Source: Minisyncoccia bacterium (GTDB lineage Bacteria; Patescibacteriota; Minisyncoccia; Phycocordibacterales; Phycocordibacteraceae). Taken from it: a DNA stretch of 46,495 nucleotides. The DNA lies in NCBI GenBank assembly GCA_049298935.1, contig JBAQWN010000002.1:1-46495 (forward strand), read 5' to 3'. The notes beneath the pieces are model-generated. The model searched no databases. It was not told the DNA's origin and saw only the letters and a program-made list of their open reading frames with translations. Positions 23,225 to 32,950 of this stretch are shown one piece after another; the stretch's first letter is position 1, and the number at the start of each line of letters is the position of its first letter. The translations under genes were made by a program, and so were the position numbers.

Positions 23225-24586
23225 ATGGAACGGACACTTATAGGAGAGATGGGGAAGCATGTCGGTGAGACAGTTTCTATTTCTGGCTCGGTGGATGTGC
23301 GGCGCGATCAGGGAAAAATGGTTTTTTTCGACTTCCACGATCGCTCGGGGAAGGTGCAGGGAGTCACGTTACCTGGGTCGCCAGCACTTGAGACCGCAAA
23401 AGAGATTCGACCAGGATGTGTTGTGACGGTAGAAGGTGTAGTCAACAAGCGTCCTGACAAAAATGTACTTGCCGAGGCGCAAAATGGTGATATTGAATTA
23501 GAAGTCACTTCGATTACTGTTCTTTCGCGAGCGCGCGAGCTTCCATTTGAGCTTGGTACTGATCTTAATCTCGATACCTATCTTGACCATTTGCCCTACA
23601 CGCTTCGGAGCGAACGCTCGCGTGCAACTTTTAAAGTGCAAACAGAAATCATACGAACTTTTCGTGCGTTTCTAAGTGACAACGGATTTACTGAATTTCA
23701 AGCGCCAAAACTTATCGGTGATGACGCTGAAGGGAGTGGGGAAGTGTTTGAGGTTAAGTATCTCTACGACAAGATCGCGCATCTCGCGACTAGTCCACAA
23801 CTCTACAAGCAGATTATGGTCGGCGTCTTTGAGCGCGTGTTCACGACCGGCAACGTCTACCGCGCCGAGAAGCACAGCACGAGTCGCCATATCAATGAAT
23901 ATACTTCTATCGATGCCGAGATGGGATTCATCAAGGATCATCATGACATCATGGCGATAGAGACCGAGCTCCTGCGTGCGATAAGTGCACACTTGACGCG
24001 CACATGCACAAAAGAATTCGAGCTACTTGGCTCAACCATTCCTGCTGTCCCAGCGACTATCCCGTATATGAAATTGCGCGAGGCACAGGAATTGATTTTC
24101 AAAGAGACTGGTAAGGATATGCGCACAGAGCCCGATCTTGAGCCTGAAGATGAGCGGTGGATGTGTGAGTGGTCCGCGCGCGAAAAGGGAAGCGACTTCA
24201 TCTTCATCACGCACTACCCCGTGTCCAAGCGTCCGTTCTATACCTACGAGGACGAAAATGATCTGGGCTTCACTAAGAGTTTCGACCTCCTCTTCCGTGG
24301 AGTTGAAATAACAACGGGGGGACAACGCAGACATGACTACGACAACCTCATTGCTGGTGCAAAGGCTAAGGGATTAAATCCCGATAATTTCTCGTTCTAT
24401 TTGCAAGCTTTCAAATATGGCATGCCGCCACACGGTGGGTGGGGGATGGGTCTCGAGCGTCTGACGCAGAAGATGCTCGGACTCTCTAATGTTAAAGAAG
24501 CCGCACTCTTCCCACGCGACATCAATCGTATCGACACACTACTCTCGACTGACGCATCACCGGCGGGTGACACTCAAAAGGATTAA
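23225..24586 (+). CDS. aspS: Aspartate--tRNA ligase, archaeal/eukaryal-type (class IIb, ~450 aa)
   Basis: N-terminal OB fold. YRAEKHSTSRHINEYTSIDAEM (motif 2 region). GGWGMGLERL (motif 3 region). The short length lacks the bacterial insertion domain. Asp versus Asn specificity was not verified. Confidence 0.75.
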   Translation: MERTLIGEMGKHVGETVSISGSVDVRRDQGKMVFFDFHDRSGKVQGVTLPGSPALETAKEIRPGCVVTVEGVVNKRPDKNVLAEAQNGDIELEVTSITVLSRARELPFELGTDLNLDTYLDHLPYTLRSERSRATFKVQTEIIRTFRAFLSDNGFTEFQAPKLIGDDAEGSGEVFEVKYLYDKIAHLATSPQLYKQIMVGVFERVFTTGNVYRAEKHSTSRHINEYTSIDAEMGFIKDHHDIMAIETELLRAISAHLTRTCTKEFELLGSTIPAVPATIPYMKLREAQELIFKETGKDMRTEPDLEPEDERWMCEWSAREKGSDFIFITHYPVSKRPFYTYEDENDLGFTKSFDLLFRGVEITTGGQRRHDYDNLIAGAKAKGLNPDNFSFYLQAFKYGMPPHGGWGMGLERLTQKMLGLSNVKEAALFPRDINRIDTLLSTDASPAGDTQKD

Positions 24587-24591
24587 TCTCA

Positions 24592-25995
24592 ATGAAGATC
24601 ATTCTCAAAAAAGGAAAGATTACAGATACTCCTAAAACGCATGTGCGTATCGTGATTACTGAAGAGGTGAAGGGCACAAAGCGTTTTGTAAAAGAAAGTG
24701 GTTTTGAGACGCTCGAGCTTGGGGTCGGGAAATATGCAGACATGAATCAGCGCAAGTTCATTATTTTTTGTCGTACAATCGTGAATACGGCAAAAACGAA
24801 TAAAGCTAAGAAAATCGCTCTCTCGTTCGATGATCTGTTGAAGCTTGTCAAACACGGTCAGCCATCAACACTTGCTCAGCTTGTCGCTGAGAATTTTGAG
24901 ATGGCAGATTTCGAGTTTAATCTTTTCAAGACGAAACCAAAAGAGGGTTGGAATGTGGTTGAAGAAATAATTTTGTACGGAGACTTCTCATCGGAGATCG
25001 TAACAGCAGTAGAAAAGGGTCAGGAGATCGGGAAGGCGGTAAATGCTTGTCGCTCGCTCATCAATACTCCTGGGGGCGATATAACACCCACGACGCTTGC
25101 TAAAGCTGCAAAAGACGCGGTAAAAGGCCTGCCGGTTAAGGTGACGGTCTTGGGTAAGAAGGAGATGCAGAAGATTGGTATGGGGGCTCTGCTTGGTGTC
25201 GCGAAGGGTTCAACTGAAGAGCCAACATTTACGATTCTTGAATATAAGGGAGGGAAAGAGAAACCAATTGTTCTCGCGGGCAAGGGAGTTACTTTTGATA
25301 GTGGCGGTCTCAACTTGAAGCCTTCAAACGGTATTTATGAAATGCACATGGATATGTCGGGAGCTGCTGCTGTTATCTATGCCGTAGCGCTTGCCGCACG
25401 TTTGAAATTGAAGGTGTCGGTTATTGGTGTGATACCAGCGGTCGAGAATATGCCCGGCAACAATGCCTATCGCCCTGGCGACGTACTGAAGTCGCTCTCA
25501 GGGAAGACTATTGAGGTGCTGAACACTGATGCAGAAGGCAGACTTATCCTTGCCGATGCTTTGACCTATGTGAAGCGTTTTAATCCATCGGTCGTTATTG
25601 ATGTTGCGACGCTCACCGGTGCGTCGATTGCTGCTCTCGGCTCGCATGCTAGTGCGTTGATGTCCCAAGATGATACGCTTGCAGAAAAAATATCTACTCT
25701 GGGTGAGGATTCGGGTGAGTATGTATGGCGATTTCCGTTATGGGATGAATATGAAAACGAGATACAAGGTACATTTGCCGATCTTTCGAATATATCGGGT
25801 GGGCATGTTCGTCACGGCGGTACGATTGTGGGAGGTATGTTTCTTTGGCAATTTGCAAAAGAGCTTAATTGTCCGTGGGCGCATATTGATATTGCACCGC
25901 GCATGACGACCGTGTCGAGTGATGAGCTTGCCAAAGGTGCGCTCGGGTCACCGGTGCGACTACTCATACGCTTTATCGAACAATGGAAACCGTAG
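24592..25995 (+). CDS. pepA: Leucyl aminopeptidase (M17 family)
   Basis: GKGVTFDSGGLNLKP and the M17 signature NTDAEGRLILAD. Confidence 0.9.
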   Translation: MKIILKKGKITDTPKTHVRIVITEEVKGTKRFVKESGFETLELGVGKYADMNQRKFIIFCRTIVNTAKTNKAKKIALSFDDLLKLVKHGQPSTLAQLVAENFEMADFEFNLFKTKPKEGWNVVEEIILYGDFSSEIVTAVEKGQEIGKAVNACRSLINTPGGDITPTTLAKAAKDAVKGLPVKVTVLGKKEMQKIGMGALLGVAKGSTEEPTFTILEYKGGKEKPIVLAGKGVTFDSGGLNLKPSNGIYEMHMDMSGAAAVIYAVALAARLKLKVSVIGVIPAVENMPGNNAYRPGDVLKSLSGKTIEVLNTDAEGRLILADALTYVKRFNPSVVIDVATLTGASIAALGSHASALMSQDDTLAEKISTLGEDSGEYVWRFPLWDEYENEIQGTFADLSNISGGHVRHGGTIVGGMFLWQFAKELNCPWAHIDIAPRMTTVSSDELAKGALGSPVRLLIRFIEQWKP

Positions 25996-26726
25996 CTCAA
26001 AAGACAGGGTTTTCGATCACCACCGAGGCCTATCAAGGTCCGTTTGAGTTGGTGCTCGATCTTATTGAAGCGCGCAAACTCTTGGTCAACGATCTTGCTC
26101 TTGCGAGTATCACGGAAGATTTTATTGCTCATGTGCGCGCTCAGGTGGTATTTCCGGTTGAAGAAACGGCGAACTTTATCCAGATTGCCGCGATGCTTCT
26201 CCTTATCAAGTCGAAGTCGCTGATCCCCGACCTCTCGCTTACTGAAGAAGAGAATGCCGATATTGACGATCTGAAGCGTCGTCTTGAGGCATATGAAAAA
26301 GTACGTGAGGCATCGCGCGAACTTGCTCGCATCTTCGGTCGATCAATCCTGTTTCCGGCGGGAGAACGTCCACTCGAGCCCTTCTTCTCTCCTTCTCGTG
26401 ATCTCTCAGCGAACGCGCTTGCTGAGGCTCTTGCGCGTGTTCTCGCAGCGCGTGAAGCTGTCGAGGAACTTCCTGAAGCACGAGTGAAGTCTCTTATTTC
26501 GATTGAAGAGGTTATGGACCAGCTTGCGAAGCGAGTGCAGAGCGCCATGCATCTCTCTTTTAAAGACTTTGCGGGCGATAAAAAAGAAAAAGTTGAAGTC
26601 ATTGTCTCATTTCTTGCCTTGCTCGAGCTTATGAAGCAGGGTGCAGTTGCCGCCGAGCAATATGAGCGCCACGGCGATATTCGTATTTCTCACACGGCTT
26701 CTGATGCCATTCCGCATTACGGATAA
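25983..26726 (+). CDS. scpA: Segregation and condensation protein A
   Basis: N-terminal YQGPFELVLDLIEARKLLVNDLALASITEDF, typical of ScpA. 13-nt overlap with pepA. Confidence 0.8.
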   Translation: METVAQKTGFSITTEAYQGPFELVLDLIEARKLLVNDLALASITEDFIAHVRAQVVFPVEETANFIQIAAMLLLIKSKSLIPDLSLTEEENADIDDLKRRLEAYEKVREASRELARIFGRSILFPAGERPLEPFFSPSRDLSANALAEALARVLAAREAVEELPEARVKSLISIEEVMDQLAKRVQSAMHLSFKDFAGDKKEKVEVIVSFLALLELMKQGAVAAEQYERHGDIRISHTASDAIPHYG

Positions 26727-26784
26727 AAGAACGTCACAAAGGGGCGTTGCTCGAGAGGGGAAGTGCGGGTTATGATAGGGAGTA

Positions 26785-27345
26785 ATGCTTACGCCTCATG
26801 CCGCACTCCACGCACTCCTCTTTGCCTCCGATGGTCCGATGGAGAAGAAGCGCATTGCCACCCTACTCGATATTAAAGATACCGAAGTGGCACTCGCTCT
26901 CGAAGCTCTTACTGCCGCCCTGAAAGAGAGTGGTGTTGTGGTGGTTGAGACTGATACAGAAGTGGAGCTTCGGACAGCACCTCTTGCGACCGATGTAGTG
27001 AAGAGGTTTCGCGAGAGTGAGCTCTCTCGCGATCTGGGGAAGGGGAGTCTTGAGACTCTTGCGGTTATTGCTTATCAGGCAGGTGCCACGCGTGGCGAGG
27101 TTGACTGGGTACGCGGTGTTAATTCTTCAGCGGCTCTCCGCACACTTCTCGTTCGTGGTTTGATAGTGGGGAAAGAGGACGAACGTGATAAGCGTCGTGT
27201 CCGCTATAGCTTGACTATAGAAGCGCTCGCACATTTAGGTATTACTCAGGCATCTGGTCTGCCACGTGCGGCAGAGCTGCAGTCTGCTACTCGCGCGATT
27301 ATTGCGGAGAGTGAAGCGCGAAGTGTAGATGCTTCCGCCACATAA
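26785..27345 (+). CDS. scpB: Segregation and condensation protein B
   Basis: LHALLFASDGPMEKKRIA.. and winged-helix repeats (ETLAVIAYQAGATRGEVDWVRGVNSS..LRTLLVRGLI). Follows scpA. Confidence 0.8.
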   Translation: MLTPHAALHALLFASDGPMEKKRIATLLDIKDTEVALALEALTAALKESGVVVVETDTEVELRTAPLATDVVKRFRESELSRDLGKGSLETLAVIAYQAGATRGEVDWVRGVNSSAALRTLLVRGLIVGKEDERDKRRVRYSLTIEALAHLGITQASGLPRAAELQSATRAIIAESEARSVDASAT

Positions 27346-27350
27346 CATAT

Positions 27351-28298
27351 ATGGACTCCATTGAACTCCAAAAACTTGCCGAACATACGCGCTCTATGCG
27401 TGAAGCGGGCTTCGCTCTTATCTTTGCGTCGTGTTTGCTTGCGATTTTTCTTTTCGTACCCACTACGCCTGCAAAGAAGAATCCTCCGGCCGTCGCTGTG
27501 GCACTTCCGGTCGCTCCGGATGCTTTCGCTCATGTTCCTATTGAGGCGACGGCTGCGGTTGTATATGATCTCGCAACGGGGCAAGTGTTGTATGCGAAAA
27601 ATGCCGATGCACAACTTCCTCTTGCATCACTAACAAAGCTTCTTACGGTGTATGCGGCTCTCGTTGAGTTGTCGCCAAATACGCCCATCACTATTCCTGT
27701 CACGGTCACTCAGCTAGATGCTCCGCGTGCTTTTTCTGCAGGGCAAATATTCTCACTTTCAGACTTGGCGCGATTGACGCTAACTGCATCACTCAATGAC
27801 GGTGCCGCGGCAATTGCCATGGCGACAGCTGAACGTGGAAATCGCTCTCAAAGCGACATGCTCGCGGGAGCCGCGGGGGCGCTTGGTCTCTCTCAAACCT
27901 ATGCTCTTAATGGGAGCGGTCTTGATGTGAGCACTGCTATCTCAGGAGGATATGGTTCTGCGCGCGATCTGGCACTCCTCGCGGGCGCACTCGTGAAGAA
28001 AAATCCATCAATAGCTGCTGCGACAACACAGAGCGCAACGCATGGGACTTCTCTTGGAGGTACTTCTTTTTCGGTGAAGAATACCGACCCGATTATCGGT
28101 ACGATCCCGCGACTTCTTCTTTCAAAAACTGGCTATACCGATCTCGCCGGTGGCAATCTCGCTCTTGTTTTTGACGCGAGCATCGGGCATCCGATCGCCG
28201 TGATCGTTCTCGGTTCTTCTAAAAAGGAGCGCTTCACTGACGGCACGATGCTTGTGGCCGCGACACTTGCCCATTTTGCTGGCGTCGCTTCTCTTTGA
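27351..28298 (+). CDS. D-alanyl-D-alanine carboxypeptidase (S11, PBP5-like), membrane-anchored
   Basis: SxxK in LASLTKLLT, SxN in ASLNDGA, KTG in SKTGYTDLAGGN. N-terminal TM. Confidence 0.85.
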   Translation: MDSIELQKLAEHTRSMREAGFALIFASCLLAIFLFVPTTPAKKNPPAVAVALPVAPDAFAHVPIEATAAVVYDLATGQVLYAKNADAQLPLASLTKLLTVYAALVELSPNTPITIPVTVTQLDAPRAFSAGQIFSLSDLARLTLTASLNDGAAAIAMATAERGNRSQSDMLAGAAGALGLSQTYALNGSGLDVSTAISGGYGSARDLALLAGALVKKNPSIAAATTQSATHGTSLGGTSFSVKNTDPIIGTIPRLLLSKTGYTDLAGGNLALVFDASIGHPIAVIVLGSSKKERFTDGTMLVAATLAHFAGVASL

Positions 28299-28302
28299 CG
28301 AT

Positions 28303-29370
28303 ATGATTAGTACAGCCGCACGCGTGCTTATCCCCTCAGCAACAAGCTTCGCTCTTGGTATTGTCTTCGCACCATTTCTCTCTGGCGTGCTATATCGTGC
28401 TAAGGCGTGGAAGAAAAAATCAGGAAAGGGTAATGGTATTGGTGGGGGAGGTACACCAATCTTCGATGAACTCCATAAAGAGCGTGAGGTATCAACACCA
28501 CGCATGGGAGGTGTCCTTATTTGGGTGTCCGTGTTGGCGACCACATTTTTCTTCTGGTTCGCCGCACGTTTTTTGGATACTTTTTGGCCCTTTCTCGATT
28601 TCGTTAATCGCCATGAGACGTGGTTGCCACTCTTCGCTCTCACTATCGGAGCTCTTGTCGGCCTCGTCGATGATATTCTCGAAATAACTCGTGGGGATGG
28701 TGGCCTCTCTCTTATTCGTCGCCTCAGTGCTGTCGGCACTATTGGGCTCATGGGTGGGTGGTGGTTTTATGCGAAGCTTGGTGTCACGACTGTCAGCATT
28801 CCTTTCTCTGAGCCACTTATTCTCGGGTGGCTCATTATTCCTTTCTTTGCTCTCGTTACGTTGTTTATTTATGCAGGAGGTACGATCGACGGTCTCGACG
28901 GTCTCGCTGGAGGAGTGTTTGCGATTATATTTATGGCGTATGCCGGTATTGCCTTTGGAGAAGGGCAGGCCTCTCTCGCTGCTCTGGCGGCGTCGATCGC
29001 TGGAGCAACGCTCGCTTTTCTCTGGTTCAATGTCCCGCCAGCGCGATTTTATATGTCAGAGACTGGAAGTATGGCGCTCACCCTTGCTCTCGCGATGATC
29101 GCTTTTGCGTCTGACGCAATCGCTGGTGGTGTCGGCGTGTCAGTGCTCCCTCTTGTCGCCTTTCCACTCACTGCAACGGTTGTGACGACCCTATTGCAAG
29201 TAACTTGGAAAAAAGTCTTTCATAAAAAATTATTTCTTGTTGCTCCTATCCATCATCATTTTGAAGCGCTCGGTTGGCCCGCCACAAAGGTGACGATGCG
29301 TTATTGGATTATTACTATCATAGTAGGGGTGCTTGGTCTTGCGATTGCGCTTCTTGCGCGGGTACCATGA
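28303..29370 (+). CDS. mraY: Phospho-N-acetylmuramoyl-pentapeptide transferase
   Basis: ATG 28303 follows the dac stop (28296-28298). Polytopic. GLVDDILE and NVPPARFYMSETGS correspond to MraY conserved blocks. Confidence 0.85.
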   Translation: MISTAARVLIPSATSFALGIVFAPFLSGVLYRAKAWKKKSGKGNGIGGGGTPIFDELHKEREVSTPRMGGVLIWVSVLATTFFFWFAARFLDTFWPFLDFVNRHETWLPLFALTIGALVGLVDDILEITRGDGGLSLIRRLSAVGTIGLMGGWWFYAKLGVTTVSIPFSEPLILGWLIIPFFALVTLFIYAGGTIDGLDGLAGGVFAIIFMAYAGIAFGEGQASLAALAASIAGATLAFLWFNVPPARFYMSETGSMALTLALAMIAFASDAIAGGVGVSVLPLVAFPLTATVVTTLLQVTWKKVFHKKLFLVAPIHHHFEALGWPATKVTMRYWIITIIVGVLGLAIALLARVP

Positions 29371-30464
29371 AATCTTTTTCTGGCGATCGTATTTTCTTGC
29401 TCTTGGTTATTGTTCTAGCTCTTGCTGGCCTCGCGATATTTTCTTCAGCATCGCTCGGACATCTTGCTCGTGAGAGCAGCTCAGTGTCGCGAAACATCTT
29501 GCTTCAGACCGGTCTTGGTCTCGGCTTCGGCTGTCTTGCATTCTTACTTGCGCGCTCGGTTCCGCTCGCACGATTGAAACAGTTCGCTCCCTATCTCTAC
29601 GTTGCAACACTTCTATTCACACTGCTCGTTTTTGTCCCGGGTATCGGATTTCATTCTGGTGGCGCTACGCGTTGGATCAATCTCCGCTTTACGACCGTGC
29701 AGCCAGCAGAATTTCTGAAGATTGGCTTCGTGCTCGCTCTTGCATGGTGGCTCGCTCCTCGCTCAAAGGATCTTGCGAATCTCAAGAAGGGTTTACTCCC
29801 TCTCGTTGCTTTCATCGGTCTTCCTTCGGCGATATTGCTCGCGCAACCGAACACTTCGACGACATTACTTATTCTCATGACCGGTGCGGTGATGTACTTT
29901 GTTGCAGGGGCACCATGGCGCGACTTCGGCATCCTCGCTATTGGCGTTATTTTTGCACTCGGTGTCATTATTTTCTTACGACCATATGTGCTCGAGCGTA
30001 TCAAGACGTTTATCGATCCATCGGCAAATTCTTTAGGGAGTGGCTATCAGATCCAGCAAGCGCTTATTGCGATTGGTTCGGGCGGTCTTCTTGGGAGAGG
30101 GTTTGGTCAGAGTGTCGAGAAGTTTAATTATTTACCCGAGTCAGACGGCGACTCGGTCTTTGCCGTCTTCGCTGAGGAGACAGGTTTCGTTGGCGCATCA
30201 ATACTACTCATGCTCATGGTGGCGCTCTCTGCTCGTGGCTTGGTGATTGCGGGGAACTCCGCAGATCTTTTTGGTGGTCTCGTTGCGCTCGGGTTCTCAT
30301 TCTTGATTATATTCCAAGCGAGTGTCAACATTGGTGCTATGCTTGGTATCGTCCCGCTCACCGGCCTCCCGTTACCATTTATCTCTCATGGCGGGACCGC
30401 TCTCGCGGCCACGCTCCTTATGTGTGGCATTATTCTCAATATTGCAGCTCATCGAAAAGCTTGA
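29367..30464 (+). CDS. ftsW: SEDS-family peptidoglycan polymerase (FtsW/RodA)
   Basis: ATGA overlap with mraY. QPAEFLKI, LLAQPNTSTT, PESDGDSVFAVFAEETGFVG, PLPFISHGGT are SEDS blocks. Confidence 0.85.
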   Translation: MKSFSGDRIFLLLVIVLALAGLAIFSSASLGHLARESSSVSRNILLQTGLGLGFGCLAFLLARSVPLARLKQFAPYLYVATLLFTLLVFVPGIGFHSGGATRWINLRFTTVQPAEFLKIGFVLALAWWLAPRSKDLANLKKGLLPLVAFIGLPSAILLAQPNTSTTLLILMTGAVMYFVAGAPWRDFGILAIGVIFALGVIIFLRPYVLERIKTFIDPSANSLGSGYQIQQALIAIGSGGLLGRGFGQSVEKFNYLPESDGDSVFAVFAEETGFVGASILLMLMVALSARGLVIAGNSADLFGGLVALGFSFLIIFQASVNIGAMLGIVPLTGLPLPFISHGGTALAATLLMCGIILNIAAHRKA

Positions 30465-30466
30465 AA

Positions 30467-30475
30467 TGGTATACT
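30467..30475 (+). promoter_or_regulatory. Extended -10-like box TGGTATACT, 7 nt upstream of murG ATG 30483
   Basis: It lies 3 nt after the ftsW stop. No SD. Confidence 0.45.
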
Positions 30476-30482
30476 ATAAGCC

Positions 30483-31622
30483 ATGAAGATTGTATTTACG
30501 GGTGGCGGTACTGGCGGACATTTTTATCCTATTATTGCCATTGCTGAGGCTCTGCACGATCTGGTGCGTGAGGAACGTCTTATCGCTCCGACCCTTTTCT
30601 ATTTCGCACCGAGCAAGTTCGACGAGAAAGCTCTTTTTGAAAATGAAATCGTCTTTGTGTCTGTTCCAGCAGGGAAGACTCGTCGCTATGCCTCAGTACG
30701 TAATGTTATTGATCCATTTATCACCCTCTCGGGGATACTGGTAGCGCTGGTTGCTCTTTTCCGTATCTACCCTGATGTCGTTATGAGTAAGGGTGGATAT
30801 GCTAGTGTGCCGACGGTCATCGCCGCATGGCTTTTGCGTATCCCTATTATTATCCATGAGTCTGACGCTAAGCCTGGTCGCGCAAATCTTCTCGCGGCGC
30901 GGTTCGCTACGAAAATAGCAATCTCTTTTGACGACACTGCTAAATATTTTAAAAAGAATGATCAGAAAAAAATCGCTCGCACAGGTATTCCGATTAGAAA
31001 AGCGCTTATGCACTCTGAGAGTGAGGGTGCACGGCAGTATCTTGGTCTTGAGGACAATCTTCCGACCATATTTGTCATCGGGGGGTCCCAGGGTGCAGTG
31101 AAGATTAATGAGCTTATTCTCTCTTCACTTCCTGAATTAGTTTTGATTGCGAACATTATTCACCAAACGGGCCCAGCAAATTTTAAAGAAGTCGAAGCAG
31201 TGAGTCGAGTTGTTCTTGAGAACAACTCTCACACAGCTCGGTACCACCCAATCAATTATCTTGATCAGGTGTCTATGCAGCGATCGGCGGGTGTTGCCGA
31301 CCTTATCGTCTCACGCGCAGGTGCCAACTCTATTGCTGAGATCGGTCTCTGGCATAAACCCTCTATACTTATCCCGATTCCTGAATCGGTTAGTCACGAT
31401 CAGCGTACTAATGCGTATGCCTATGCTCGGACAGGAGCGGCAGTTGTGCTAGAAGAAGAGAATCTCGCTCCTCATCTTTTCCTTGCTGAGGTGCGTCGGA
31501 TTATTGGAGACCCTGCACTCGCGAAGCGTATGGGCGCGGCGTCTGAAGGGTTTACCGACAAGGACGCGGCACGCGTTCTCGCGCACGAGGCGCTCGCGAT
31601 CGCCCTCACTCACGAAGCATGA
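30483..31622 (+). CDS. murG: UDP-N-acetylglucosamine--N-acetylmuramyl-(pentapeptide) pyrophosphoryl-undecaprenol GlcNAc transferase
   Basis: MKIVFTGGGTGGHFYPIIAIAEAL (G-loop 1) and a C-terminal ..VSRAGANSIAEI.. block. Confidence 0.9.
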   Translation: MKIVFTGGGTGGHFYPIIAIAEALHDLVREERLIAPTLFYFAPSKFDEKALFENEIVFVSVPAGKTRRYASVRNVIDPFITLSGILVALVALFRIYPDVVMSKGGYASVPTVIAAWLLRIPIIIHESDAKPGRANLLAARFATKIAISFDDTAKYFKKNDQKKIARTGIPIRKALMHSESEGARQYLGLEDNLPTIFVIGGSQGAVKINELILSSLPELVLIANIIHQTGPANFKEVEAVSRVVLENNSHTARYHPINYLDQVSMQRSAGVADLIVSRAGANSIAEIGLWHKPSILIPIPESVSHDQRTNAYAYARTGAAVVLEEENLAPHLFLAEVRRIIGDPALAKRMGAASEGFTDKDAARVLAHEALAIALTHEA

Positions 31623-32950
31623 GCTCTGTTGTCACTCGCTTTGCTCCGTCGCCGACTGGCCTTTTGCACGCTGGGAATTATCGTACGGCGGTGTTCGCTT
31701 ATCTTTTTGCAAAGCATTCAGGAGGTAGGTTTATTGTGCGTATCGAAGATACTGACTCAGCACGCTCGAAGCCTGAGTATACAGAGAACATTCTTGACGC
31801 TCTCGCGTGGCTCAATCTACCGATTGACGAAATGTATACACAAAGTTCTCATCGACTGAGACACCGTACCCTTCTTGAAAAGCTTATTGCAGACGGCACA
31901 GCGTATGTTTCTAAAGAAAAGCCTGAAAAACCTGGAGATCGAGAGGAGGTTATTCGTTTTAAGAATCCGGGCGGTACGGTAACCTTTACTGACGTTATTC
32001 TTGGTGAAATAACAACCGCGGTTGCTGATCTTGGTGACTTTATTATCGCACGATCTCTTGATGAGCCAATTTTCCATTTTGCTGTTGTTGTCGATGATGC
32101 TGATGAAAATGTCACTCATGTGATTCGTGGTGGTGACCATATTTCAAACACTGCGCGCCAGATACTTATTCAACGAGCTCTCGGCTTACCTGTGCCACTC
32201 TATGCGCATTTGCCTCTCATTATGGACAGTAATCATAAGAAGCTCTCGAAGCGTGCTGGTGCAAAAGCATTAACCGAGTATCGTACTCTCGGCATCTTGC
32301 CTGAGGCATTGCTTAATTATCTCTCTTTCCTTGGCTGGAACCCTGGTGATGGGCGCGAATATCTTTCACGAGAAGATCTTGTTACTGCGTTTGATCTTTC
32401 TCGTGTACAGAAGGGGAGCGCTGTCTTTGACGAAGTAAAGCTTCGTTCGGTGAACCAGTATTGGATGCGCAAACTTTCCACTGATGATTTTATTACGCGC
32501 GGAAATCTTGTTGCCGCAGATACGAATATGCTCAAGAAAATAGTTCCCATTTTAAAAGAGCGTGCGCAGACATTTGGCGAAGCTCGCGATATGCTCGTGG
32601 GCGAATTAGCCTGTTTCTTTGAAGAACCAAGCCTAGATCGCGAACAGCTTGTTGCGAAGGAGCTTTTAGGCCGCTCTGGCATGACTGCATCTGCGCTCAC
32701 AAACACCATTGTCTTAATCCAGGGCCTACCAGAAGGAGTCGTTGCTGAAGATGTAAAGAAAGTGATTATGCCATTTGCCGATGCCGAAGAAGCAAAAGGG
32801 AAGGGAGGTCGTGGGGCAGTGCTCTGGCCACTTCGCTATACGCTTTCAGGGAGAGAGCGATCCCCCGACCCCTTCACTCTCATTTCAGTTCTTGGGAAAG
32901 CGGAATCTATTTCGCGTATACAAAAAGCGGTTGCTATACTTGAGGGATGA
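31619..32950 (+). CDS. gltX: Glutamate--tRNA ligase (short form, 443 aa)
   Basis: RFAPSPTGLLHAGNYRTA (HIGH-type) and KLSKR (KMSKS-type). ATGA overlap with murG. Confidence 0.85.
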   Translation: MSSVVTRFAPSPTGLLHAGNYRTAVFAYLFAKHSGGRFIVRIEDTDSARSKPEYTENILDALAWLNLPIDEMYTQSSHRLRHRTLLEKLIADGTAYVSKEKPEKPGDREEVIRFKNPGGTVTFTDVILGEITTAVADLGDFIIARSLDEPIFHFAVVVDDADENVTHVIRGGDHISNTARQILIQRALGLPVPLYAHLPLIMDSNHKKLSKRAGAKALTEYRTLGILPEALLNYLSFLGWNPGDGREYLSREDLVTAFDLSRVQKGSAVFDEVKLRSVNQYWMRKLSTDDFITRGNLVAADTNMLKKIVPILKERAQTFGEARDMLVGELACFFEEPSLDREQLVAKELLGRSGMTASALTNTIVLIQGLPEGVVAEDVKKVIMPFADAEEAKGKGGRGAVLWPLRYTLSGRERSPDPFTLISVLGKAESISRIQKAVAILEG